Origin: Styela clava
Taxonomy: Eukaryota
Assembly (NCBI RefSeq): GCF_964204865.1
Contig: NC_135250.1
Span: forward strand, 5,332,001-5,396,000
Reading direction: 5' to 3'
Length of the DNA stretch: 64,000 bases
Shown one piece after another: positions 15,401-26,592 of the stretch. How positions within the stretch are numbered: position 1 is the stretch's first letter; every line of letters starts with the position of its first letter. The notes beneath the pieces are model-generated. The model worked only from the letters and a program-made list of their open reading frames with translations. It was not told the origin of the DNA and ran no database searches. Both the position numbers and the translations under genes were made by a program.

Positions 15401-18400
15401 AATGGAGCCCGTGACAGCCCATTGAAAATTCGACCATTGATTGTAGGTTGACAAAGTTCATGCATCTGAAAACAAGTAACTGTCTAACTAATCCCATAAC
15501 CGACATGGACTGTTAACCGGACGAGAGGCCGTGGTAAATATGTAAATCTTATCCTATCTTATCATGCGCATAAAAGAATAGAGCCTGCTACAAAAAGTGA
15601 AGTGAAAAATGTGTAATCTGAAATCCATAATAAATATGCCATATTTTCTATCGTTTTCAATAGAGATCTATTGAACAGTTGGTTATCTGTTACACAGTTA
15701 TATTTTTCAATATACTAAAATATTTCTTACCTAAACTTTTTTAATACGTTAACAATCCACTTTAATCCTTCCCCAAAATTACCTGCACCTACACTGCCGG
15801 AACCATCAATAACAAACACAATATTTGCTGATATACCTTGAGGACAAGCTGAAATTGATGTCATGTTGTTAAAAAATTATAAAGAAACTGATAAGAAACG
15901 TATAAAAATAAATTAGATAATTGAACCTCCCTTCCCCAGAAGAACTGTGTAGTTTTCATTTTTTTGTATTTTCTGTGTTTTTTTTGTTTACTGGTTGGAA
16001 AAAATAAACTTGACTTGACTTACATAATATTAGACCTATTTGTAGATTTTAAGTAGCCTTACCTATCGGACATGGTGACGGAATTGTAGAAATACTTCCT
16101 CCGGAAACTTTATAAGTGTAACACTCTCCAATCATTCGTTCTTGAATTTGCAGTTTTGGGCAAGTAAAATGGTATTGGTTGCCACAAGTCTAAAATACAG
16201 TATCCAAGCTTTTAAATTTGTCTAATGCAATGGTGCAATACCCCTATAATTTAATTTGAAAAATAATTTCATGCTATCATTGAGGTCGCGGTAATTGCAA
16301 TGCTGATTCGTGAGTCCGAGCCGAAGTCTAGTGTCCAAATGGGTCGTGTAGGGTGAAATTTTCTCTTTTTTCACACCCTGGTACAAATAGCTCACACTGA
16401 TTCATTTAGAGACAAAGATACCCAATTGACATGGAACTTGAATCAACTGAATTCAAAACTGCTCATCAAAGGAAATTTCCTCGCAAATAGAAATCTATAC
16501 GATTTTAAACGCTTCGCAAAAGACTTCGTGCTTTTAATTTTTGTTGAATAAACAAAATGATTGAGAACTTTTATGCAATCTGAGTAGGTATTACTCCCAC
16601 ACGATGACTTCTCTCTTATAGCATAAAATTTTAAGCCGGCATTTGATATCGGATTAGCATATGAAATATATAGCCTATATGTAAAATATTATCTGCATGA
16701 TTTCAGAAAGTGGAATTCATTTTCAAATATCACAAATTAGTCAGAATGCTCTAATGTTAATCATTGTTAATACACATTCAGAGTTTTGTGTCGCGGACTT
16801 CACTCCTTATCTAGTACCGGTGCATCAGTTTATTAAAACAAAATTTTCGAAGTTTGACGTTTTTATAGAAAATCGAAAAAACCCTAAACTGCTTATAAAA
16901 AACTCACAATAAAATATTCGTGTCCTGAAACGGTAACCTTTTCCAACGATGTGCCTGTGGTAGCGTTCTCTGAAAAAAATAAATGACATCTTTGATTAAC
17001 TGTATGTGCCATTGAATTCAGTAAGTTAAACATTGACTAAAAACGCGATGAAGGACGAGAACATTGGTAACGAATAATTCTTAATTTGCAGGATTAAGAT
17101 TTCCTTTCATATTCACGCCGCATAGATTAAAGCCAATAAGACATATAAATCATATGACGAACTACGGCGTCTTGAATAATTACCAATCCATAAGGTCGTA
17201 ATCGACCAAAGATCAAGTGACAGCTTCTGATCCACCGAGAAGCTTGGAACTGCTCTAGCTTCAACGTATCTTCTATAAAACTATAACCTGCAAATCTAAT
17301 CGTAGTAGTCAGCAAATCGATGTCAAAATTGCTTCCAACGCTTATTCCAAGCGCGAACCGTCGGCATTCAAATATATTTAGTTATGCCAGATATAGAATG
17401 ATTGAATTTCCGACTCAGTCAGTAACAATGATGTTTTGATTCAAACTATAAATCAACGGAGAAGTTTTACATTTACATCGATGCCACTATCTTATGCTAC
17501 GTTGAATAGAACCCCGTTTTGGGTTTATTAATGACGACAGCTTTAACATGCACCATGAGTGTTATTACTGATAAGTAGTAAGACCAGTATACCTAAGATT
17601 TGCCCCTATTCCGTATAAATTTCTAATATATGACGCAATGATGTATTGATTTCAAAACATTGAAGAATAAGCATTTAGGCCAGTTTTAACTTGCTTGATT
17701 TTCGATCGAAACCTTCTTGGTTTGTAAAGACAGTCAGTTAGGACTCTTTAAATAAGAAGAAAAGATGCTAGCTATGCAACTCATTTGTTGTTGAGGGTGC
17801 CGAGCTTTGAATTTCTTCCTTACTTCCGCGAGATTGTTTATTCAGCATAAACTTCAAAACGTCACAAAGACGTGACAATTGAAGCTTAAGAAATCGGTCA
17901 GATATCTCTTTCACTCTGACAGGTTATAAACCATGTCTGTAAACGTTGACTCGTTTATGTAGTTATGAGTGTTATTGTTAGTTTTTAGTCATGTTCCCAA
18001 AATTTTTGTGGTAAACGTTATATATATCCATGCTATTGTCGAGTCAAAGGTATAGAGTCAAATTTGAGTTGACAAAGAATAAAAATATAAATCAGAGTTT
18101 TACAAAATAAAAATTGACATCTGTCACAAGTAGCAAAAATATTACCGGTCCCGAAAGAAATTTCAGTTGGGCATACAAATGTATCATTGGTTGTAGGGTT
18201 TGTCACATCATATTCACATTTATACATTCCGCCTGATGGGCCAAGGTCCGGAGCACTTGCATAAACACTGCGACTGTAAAACATAAATCACACATTTTGA
18301 GATGTACATAATTAACAGTCTTATTACAGTCATAATCACATAACTCACATAATCGGTTGTGGAATTCGGTTGGGTCCGCGCGAACCCGTTCATGGAATAC

Positions 18401-19669
18401 CGTGATATCAGCGAACCCGTCCGTGTTTTAGACGCCAGACGACGTCATCAAATAGATCAGCGGTGGCCAAATTGGCCGCGGTGAAATTTTTTGTACGTGC
18501 AGTTGTCTGCATCTGCAGTACTCACTCATTTTTGTGTATGATGGCATTATTACCGATCAGTCGTTTGCGAGCTATTTTGAGGATTTTAGTCGAAAGCAGG
18601 TTGGCCACCCCTGAAATAAATAACTCAAACCGAATCTGACGAATAGTAGTAAACTTGGCCTTCCGAAAATGAAAATTATGTATTAGATTTATATAAAGTG
18701 CGTCTTGTTGATGTAGCTTACGTAGTTTTTCACATCTTTTAAAATTAGAGCACATTTTGTTAATGAGTTCCATATGAAAGGGAACCCGTTACAAAATTTT
18801 GAATCCCCCTACTGTGCATAATATATGTATCTACTACTATTTTATTTCATCTAGAGGTAAATTCATCTAATGCGACTATTCGTTTAAAAAAATGATTCGC
18901 CTTGTCAACACAAAAGTCTAATAATGTTTTGAAACTTCAAACATCGCGTTCACAATTTTAGAAAAGAACAAAAACTTCAAATATTAGAAACTTACTGCAT
19001 TTCACATATCAGGTATATATTGTATAAGTTACTCCCGTAGTATGTGTACAAAGGTTAGGGTTAGGCCATAATTTTATTTCAAATTTTCCTCATTTTAATT
19101 CTATTACGATTTCGGGGACTAGCCAAGCGACTCCCGAAGTATTTGTACCAGGTTAGGGTTAGGCCATAATTTTATTTCGATTTTCCTCATTTTAATTCTA
19201 TTACGATTTCGGGGACTAGCCAAGCGACTCCCGTAGTATGTGTACCAGGTTAGGGTTAGGCCATAATTTTATTTCAATTTTCCTCCTTTCAATTCTATTA
19301 CGAGTTCGGGGACTGTCTGGGTTAGCCAAGTGAACATACCCCCTGCCCATAGGCTTTAGTCCCTTCACACAACTTGCTGTAAAGTAGGCGAACAAAATTA
19401 GTTACCTCCATATTGGTACACATACTTCTGGAGCACCCTGTATACGTTGTGAGGTGAGGGTGAGGGTTCCTAGTTTAAAATATTAAATGTATATAAATAT
19501 ATATATAAATAGGATCTTACCCTGTCCCGTGAACGCTTCTTCCAAAATCTACTTTGGGAGTTTTGGGCGTCATCAAAGTGTGTATCCGAGTTTCAACATT
19601 TTCACAGGAGATGAGAAAACTTTGAAGCAGAATACCCGAGAGAAATATAAACACCCCCATCGTCGCCAT
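464..19669 (-). CDS. Integrin alpha subunit with inserted (I/vWA) domain; 3'-partial (TM and GFFKR exons lie left of the window)
   Basis: 24 exons, all GT-AG and phase-consistent, 3423 nt = 1141 codons with no stop: 19521-19669, 18146-18273, 16908-16969, 16063-16189, 15731-15848, 14284-14390, 13626-13803, 11562-11740, 10675-10742, 10326-10497, 8715-8800, 7839-8066, 7294-7512, 6574-6877, 6075-6217, 5436-5653, 4644-4785, 4449-4568, 3626-3714, 3127-3225, 2285-2402, 1905-2015, 1243-1386, 464-577. Signal peptide MATMGVFIFLSGILLQSFLISC. I domain with MIDAS (IVFVIDGSGS...GGTNT...MTDG) and SLEG linker. FG-GAP repeats with Ca-binding loops (DIDNDNEDD, DIDKNGIND, DYDKNGYPD). Thigh/genu (C...CEHDL) and calf motifs (NRGP, TWPEYTQNGLYLLY). 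Confidence 0.95.
1579..1761 (+). mobile_element. Merlin-like MITE family, type A copy
   Basis: Imperfect ~24-bp TIRs GGTACTCCCGTAGTGTGTGTACCA / TGGTACACACACTTCTGGAGCGCC; internal GTTAGGGTTAGG. Confidence 0.75.
2425..2714 (-). mobile_element. tRNA-derived SINE, family 1
   Basis: B-box GGTTCGAATC on the minus strand. Body GATTGCTGGACT... and tail ...CGGACGA(A/G)AGGCC.TGGT... are shared with copies at ~55790-55972, ~56560-56787 and a tail at ~15480-15565. Confidence 0.7.
3345..3370 (+). repeat. Poly-G run (26 nt)
   Basis: Read directly; a further G-rich stretch lies at 3441-3458. Confidence 0.9.
8092..8445. mobile_element. GG-terminal MITE with ~45-bp TIRs
   Basis: GGTGTCTCAAAAATGTCGTGTCCCACT at the left matches the reverse complement of the right end at 26/27. 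Contains a TATCGG-rich fragment at ~8195-8290. Confidence 0.75.
11431..11538. mobile_element. Merlin-like MITE family, short palindromic type B copy
   Basis: GGCGCTCCCGTAGTACGTGCACCAAGATGGCGCGCAACCTGAAC with its inverted copy. Sister copies at ~4174-4288, ~15021-15133 and 47110-47222. Confidence 0.75.
14480..14758. mobile_element. Merlin-like MITE family, long-TIR type C copy with 8-bp TSD
   Basis: ~70-bp TIRs beginning GGTACTCCCGAAGTATG; perfect TSD ATTTTTGA on both sides. Confidence 0.85.
19028..19437 (+). mobile_element. Merlin-like MITE type A with an internal tandem triplication of a ~97-bp unit
   Basis: Three consecutive ACTCCCG.AGTAT.TGTAC.AGGTTAGGGTTAGGCCATAATTTTATTTC...CGGGGACT units, followed by the normal right end TTCTGGAGCACC. 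Confidence 0.85.
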
Positions 19670-20497
19670 TTGGGCTAAGATTTGTATGTATTTCCACCTC
19701 GATATAGAGGTAGGTGTTGTTGTATAAATAAGATGATAAAAATACTCTACATATAAAATGTGATATTAAAAAATGACAATACTATCAATAATAATCTGGG
19801 AAAAAGCATTGGAAAATTCACGACAAGTTCCATTTTTTCACAAGACTATGCAATGTGTACTGGCTTATTGCTCTTGCTATCGTTTATAATGTCAATATTT
19901 AAAATGCTTATTTGGTTGCAAGTTTATAACCTAGTATTTGTAAAATTTGGCCATGGATGAACGTATCATATGCGGTTATCGGTGAACCGATCGGGTTTGA
20001 TGTGCATGAATACCATAGTCTATTAGTCATTCTGATTTCAGCAACGCAACATCCGAACGTTATTTTTTCAGGTGTCATTCAACAATAATAATTTTTTGTG
20101 TGATGGAATGTATACGGAAATATCTGCACTTTTAAAATAATGAATACCAGATTTCTATGGTACAGCTAAAATATAAAATGAACAGGCATAAATGCGTTTT
20201 CGCTATAAAGCATTATAAACTTCCCGGAAATTTCAAAAATAATCTAAACAATGGGGGTGCGTCATAGCACATTTTGCCTCCTTGCAACTTTAGACTAAGA
20301 CGGACCTTCATTTTCGGTCGAGCACAAATAAAAAAAATGGTAAACACCTTGTTTTGTTCCGAACTAGGGTTACGAAGTATGCTTGACCCTTCCATCTCAA
20401 TCCATCTTTTCATGTAGCGATTGAAATGAACACCTATAATATGCTTTACCCTGAACTACCCGAATAAATTGTTTCCAAAAAAATCCCATGCTTTATA

Positions 20498-20866
20498 CAT
20501 GTGTGCAACCTGCTGCCCTCAAAGATAAATTGTGCGGCCCGCGGAGAAAAGCCAATTTTGAATGATCTGCAGTTCACAAAATGAGTTTCTCATTTAATTT
20601 GGTACGTGAAATTAATTCCAATCCTTTTGCGTTGCGAAGCCTATGCCTGAGTCCAATTTATTATCTATCTATACAAATGACTTTACAATTCCTTAACAGC
20701 TAGCTTGTGCGAACAAGGCATGCCACAAAATCAACAACCAAAATATCTGTGCCTGCAACTACTAAGTAGCCTATGTTAAATAAAGTTGCGACCCGCGATT
20801 TCACCCTGTTTTTTTTTATCTTTCGTTTTTATCTGCCCCTTTCGTATTAAAGGTTGCTCACCCCCG
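20498..20866. mobile_element. Degenerate hAT (Charlie-like) MITE
   Basis: Ends ..GTGTGCAACC / GGTTGCTCACCCCCG, internal GCGGCCCGCG motif, flanked by a direct repeat CTTTATAC. A related copy lies at ~21269-21557. Confidence 0.6.
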
Positions 20867-22519
20867 CTTTATACACATGGTTCATTTGCTGAACTCTTAT
20901 AATTAGGTTTCAATGCGAGAATAATATACACCCTTAAACTAGGAAATAAAATCTTCCGATCTTCACATCTGTAATTGTGGCTTAATTTTTCATACAACTC
21001 CGCAAATCTTGGAATGAGGATCTACGGCAGGGATTTACAAGCTTATTTCTACAGTTAACCGCATTTTGTCCACAAGTAATTATTTAAATTTGAGGTGAAA
21101 TTTAACTAATGGCGTGGTAGATATTTGTGTTTATTTTGTAGCTAAGTACTAGCACGGCCGCAAACTTCGATGGCTGCCAGTTGTGCAGCACCGCTGGTCC
21201 ACGGTAACTGAAATTGGACTTATTCAAATGACCAAATTTTGTATGTTGTTCTGTGGAACTCTGGGAGACAGGGGTGTGCAACGTTTAATACAGGAATGAC
21301 TTTTAATACTTATGACATGCGTTGTTCGCTTCTCACAAGATAGCTAATAGGGCATAATAATACCATGGGCATAAATACTAAATTGGACTGAGGCTTTGCA
21401 ACGCAAAGGGATTGGAATTACTGGCACGTACTAAATTAAACTAGATTGAAAACTTGTTTCGCGGGCCGCATTCCATTCAAAATTGGGACTCCTTCGCGGG
21501 CCGCACAATTTCCTTGTGGCCGCATTTGGCCCGCGGGCTGCACGTTGCACATTCCTGCTGTAAGCAACAGAGAGTTTTGAATATTTTGAAGAAGCTATGA
21601 CATTTAGCATATCTGGCCATAGAACGTTAATAAATAAACTATCTATTTTTTTGCTAATGAGATTGGATATATCAGACAGCAATGTTACCTTCAAACTCAA
21701 ACTCAGCATTACAAAAATCTACATAAAGCTAATATTCATATGTGCAGCTAACGTTTCCTTTAGTGTCACGTATAGAGAAATATTCTAGATTTCATTCAAA
21801 TCCCTTTGTGGCTTGATATATAACTTCTTTTCTATGCGGAATTCCCGGTCTATACCGCCTGGTTGTCACAAAGACAATATATTGTGTATATGGACATCCC
21901 CGAGAAGCATTAAAAGTTCATACAGATACAATTCGGCATTGCATAGACGCATTCAAAACACAGGAATCACCTACCAGCAAGCAAACTTGGCCATTTATCA
22001 CGCTAATAGTACATTCAAAACCTCACCACGAGCGTAGGAACCGCGTAAGTAGAACGCAAACAATTGCCCGGATCACTTACGTGTCGCACGATTCTCGTTG
22101 TGCGGGAAATTTATTTTTATTCACACAAGAACAATGCATCGTACTAAAACGTTTTTTTAAGTGTGTTAGGTGTAACAAGATGCATATACTTCCTGTCTTA
22201 CAGGTATCTATCTAGTAAAGCATGCGTAAATAAATTATCAAAGGTTGGTCATTGTATTATAAAATTTAGTAATAGAAGGGACACAATGCAATTCTTAAGT
22301 AAGCCAGGATTGCAGTATCACTTCGTGAAAAATATAAATATGAATAACGTGACATTACATCATTGTGATCCGAGTTTCAAAGTATTCCTAAAATATTCAT
22401 AGTCTTAAAAATAAATTGTTTTAAAACTTTTCCATACAAAAATGAAATTAAAAAGTTCCCCTTATTTATTATGGAATATTAATCACCGAAAAACATATAA
22501 ATTTTTGAACAGTCTAGAT

Positions 22520-22863
22520 CAGTGGTTCTCCAACGTTTTAAGCCACGCCCCTTTTTAGAATTTGTTAAGTCTCGCGTCCCACCTCCAAAATACCTAGCTA
22601 ACAAAAAGCTGCATATAACAGATAGTGAGGCAAAACTGTGAACTATCATCACAAAGTTGAACTATTAAACATGCTCCACGCTAAGGATAATAAAGATACA
22701 AGCACAACAGCTCTCTGCAATCTATAAACAATAAAGAAATGTAAATATAACAAATAATGCAGGCAAGTTCAAATCTAACAAATATTTTTTATTAGCTTCA
22801 AGCCCCCTCAAAAAATTGTCCACGCTCGCCTTGTGGCCGCGCCCCACCGTTTGAGAACAACTG
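22520..22863. mobile_element. hAT (Charlie/SPIN-like) MITE
   Basis: TIRs CAGTGGTTCTCCAAC / GTTTGAGAACAACTG with NTCTAGNN-type flanks. Confidence 0.7.
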
Positions 22864-23764
22864 ATCTAGCTATATGTTTTTGCAATAACAGTTTCGAATA
22901 CCATATTACTATTTTGATCACTTGATTTTTTTATTTTTGCTCTGAGTAACAGGTTTATCATATGTGCATGACTATATAAATTTTGCGTAAATTTTTAATT
23001 GTGCACTGAAAGGATTAAACTGTATTTTCAATTCGTCAACGCTAGCAATCCGGCTATACTGCTTCACTATGTTCACTACACTCTACGCTGAATATCAAAA
23101 CATTCCCAGCATTGATTCCTTTTTGCAGTAGTAATTTCATTTATCTTTCGAATTATCCTCCAACTTTATTTGGTAAAACTGCGCCCACAGCATTACGGCA
23201 TCCTCTTGTCCGATGACTCTATTCTTTAAAACATCCTGTACGTCATTCGATGATACTGATACTTTTTCCTCGCGACAACAGGAGTATAAATGGTGCGACT
23301 TTCGCATGCGATCACAGCGACTGTGTGATATCAGTGACTTTGGTATTAACCAAAACCCAAAGATTGGGGCTATGAATGAATTCTATGAGCTAGTGAATTC
23401 GTATGCGTACAAGGTATGTATGTAGTACAAGAATGCTGTAGCAGGAATAAAAATACACAATACTGTCAAACATGATAAAAAGTCGTATTAAATCACGGAA
23501 GATTCAGCTTTATAAATCGAACCTGCTAATTTGAATTGCCTTATCTGTACGGTAATATTGTTTTTGCGTAGGCTTCATTTTCATTTGCTTATATGTATAT
23601 AAGATACGTTTTAACGCGAAAATAATAGGACATCGTTGTTTTAAATTATAAGTTCCCGCCTCTGTATTAGCTTAAGCTTGCGAACAAAATTGGCTGATTA
23701 CTTATTTGCATTGTGCGCTGTAAATTCAAATACGGTCTGAAGTGATGTCGTTCAATTCATCAGA

Positions 23765-24436
23765 GTATTGGACAATGTGCTAGATTGTTGTTGTTGTTGT
23801 TGTTGTTGTTGGAGTGAATATTGTTGTTGTTTTTGTTGAAAAATGGGTACTCCTGTAGTATGCGAATCAAGATGGTGGACAACGAAACGTAGTGTGTGTA
23901 CCAGGTTAGGGTTAGGCCCCGAATAATGTCAGGTACAATTACTACGGGAGTCACTTGGCTAGTCCTCGAACTCGTAATAGAACTGAAATAAAGATAATTT
24001 GAATAAAATTATCTGGTACACATACTACGTTTTGTTGTCCGCCATCTTGGTTCGCATACTACAGGAGTACCGAAAAATGATTGGATCTTTTGTACAAAGC
24101 CCCCGCCACTAATGCAAAAAAATAAGATTTGAGAAAACACCCCGCCACGTTTTAAAACAACAAATTAGTAATTATTTTATTGGGTTTTTCCCTCAAACTG
24201 TGAAACGATTGAATTCAAGGATAGTTGCTTTAATTTTTTTAATTGTCTTCGAGTGCTATGTGACACGTTATTGCGACTAAAATTCTGCAGTTTATTTTAA
24301 ATCGAAAGGGAACACTTCTTTTATTCCCTCAAGCTTGCTCGTCGATCTTTCTGGCAAAGTCGGCGCCGCCGCGACGCCTTATCCTACCGGTACCTTACCG
24401 ATTCGCTACTTTCGTGTCCATATATAGCTTTCTTGT
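23765..24436 (-). mobile_element. Helentron/HINE-like element containing a nested type C MITE
   Basis: On the minus strand it begins ACAAGAAAGCTATATATGGACACG and ends ...TGTCCAATA, with a (CAA)n microsatellite near the end. The nested MITE at 23846-24071 has a perfect TSD GAAAAATG. Confidence 0.6.
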
Positions 24437-25765
24437 GTGTACTTTGGGTGTGTGCTTCTAATTTGTGATTTCTATTAACGATACCAAGTCACAAAGGTTC
24501 TCTCGTAGCGTGTGTACCGGGTTTGGGTTAGGCAATAATTTGATTCCGATAGTCCTTATTTTAGCTCTATTGCGAGTTCGGGGACTGTCTGTGTTAGCCA
24601 ACTGAATATACCCCCGCTCATAGGCTTCAGTTCTTTTAGAGTTTAGACAACGTAATGTGAAGTAGGCGAACAAAATTAGTTACCTCCATATTGGTACACA
24701 CACTTGAGATTTAGTATACTCAATTACCGATGGGTAAATGATTTTAGCAATCGTACACAGCACAGATAGTTTTCGTTTTGTACCACGCGTCGTGACAGCT
24801 CCGTCGAGGACTTTGTTTACAATTTTTCGTTGCACCAGATTAGAGTAGATGAGAGATTGATAAGACATACAGAGATAGGTCGAACAATAACCTAACTTAA
24901 GATAATCAGGACTGACCCAAACAGAGCAGATAGACAGAAAAGGAATGGGCTATAGTAGTATACCGACAACTCTTTTGAAGATGTAAATTTAGGAATTTAC
25001 TAATGTTGCAGATTTGATGTTTCGTTATTGGTATGGAATTCCACTTTTTATCAAACGAAATTGATTAGTTCAAAATCTTAATGTAAAGCTATTAGAATTG
25101 GACAATGGGATCGGAAGCAATCTGGTTTTAATTGTTTAGTCCGAATCCGGAAAAATTCTGTAGGAAAGTGGTAAGCGGTGAGTGGCGTTCAGGACGGTCT
25201 TAATCGGTACAGGCAAGTTAAGTAAGCTGCATAAGTATGAAGTAAGTTTTTATTTATAATTCAGTAAAAATATTTCATTTGTAGGTCAATAAAAGACAAG
25301 CAAGTTCAAACATTTTAGATGAATCTAAAAAGTTTTTAAAAACAAAAAACTGTCAATAGAACAGCCACAATTTGCTGTGACAAGTATTCAATTGGATCGA
25401 AATATTGTCGCGGACTAAAGTGTCCGCGTTCATGTTTTGTGTATATATATATTTTTATGTTTATAGACTGTTATGTTGACATTTATTTAATGCTGTTTTG
25501 TCGGATTTGGACTCCGACCACTCACTACATGTGAGGCAAAAACTGTCTTTCGATCTCTCTTCTCCGGCTGCCGCACTGGCGGGCGGTCGTGTTTTCGGTT
25601 CCTTAGTTATATTTTGTTGTGTTGTCTGTTTATGTTGTTTTAAGTTTGATATTAGAATTGCCGTACAATAAACAACCAATCCGGAACCTTTGAGTCTTCT
25701 GATTCATTCTATAACCACGGTAACAACATCTTGGTCCGTAACAATATGATGTTCATTAACAAACT

Positions 25766-25979
25766 GGCTCTCCATAATTGTGCGTACCAATATGGAGGTA
25801 ACTAATTTTGTTTGCCTACTTTATATCAAGTTGTGTAAAGGAACCAAAACCTATAGACAGGGGATATATTCACTCGACTATAACACAGACAGCCAGAACT
25901 CATAATATAACTAAAATAAGTAAAATAGGAATAAAATTATGGCCTAACCTTAGCCTGGTACACACACTACGGGAGTACC
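25766..25979 (-). mobile_element. Merlin-like MITE type A copy
   Basis: Same body in reverse orientation; TSD AACAAACT/AACAATCT (7/8). Confidence 0.8.
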
Positions 25980-26111
25980 AACAATCTGGTTAATTTTAAT
26001 GAGTTTATAAGGATCTCAAAAATATAATTTTTGAACAAATCGAAATTTGCTAGTAATCGTCTGTAGTCTTTTTCAAATATTAATGAATATTGAAATTTTC
26101 TACTCAATTAA

Positions 26112-26519
26112 TGTCGTTCTAGAAGTGTGTGTACCAATATGGAGGTAACTAATTTTGTTCGCATATTTTACACCAACTTGTATAAAGAGACTGAAACTTG
26201 TGGGCAGGGGCAGTGGTAGGATTCAATTTTTTTGCCAAACGGTTCCATCACAAAAGTCATATTGTTCACCCGGTTCTATTACAAAGAATCATTGACAGTA
26301 ACCAGTAATGCTAACCGGTTTGCTGATCTTATAAAATTCCGTGAGACGGTTCTATAACCGGTGCAAACCGGCTGAATCCCACTACTCGAATAGATGGACT
26401 GGGGTATATTCAATTGGCCAATACAGACAGTCCCCGTACTCGTAATAATACTAAAATAGGGAAAATCGAAATAAAATTATGACCTAACCCTAATCTGGTA
26501 CACACACTACTAGAGTCCC
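26112..26519 (-). mobile_element. Merlin-like MITE type A interrupted by a hAT-like insert (~26211-26388)
   Basis: The type A body is split at GGGCAGGGG|...|GGGGTATATT by an element with ends CAGTGGTAGGATTCA / TGAATCCCACTACT. Confidence 0.75.
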
Positions 26520-26592
26520 CTTCTTACTCAATTAGTTATCAATTATCTTTTCTTTGAACATGAATTTCTTTCGATAAATGTTAGAATATTTC

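Noticed and set aside
16394-16447. Apparent frameshifted integrin exon 3 (MSIG/VSLSL), suggesting a pseudogene
   Set aside because: A clean phase-compatible exon (16908-16969, ENATTGTSLEKVTVSGHEYFI) with strong splice sites completes the frame, so the gene looks intact.
19028-19330. CRISPR-like regular repeats
   Set aside because: Whole units are repeated with no unique spacers, the context is eukaryotic, and there are no cas genes.
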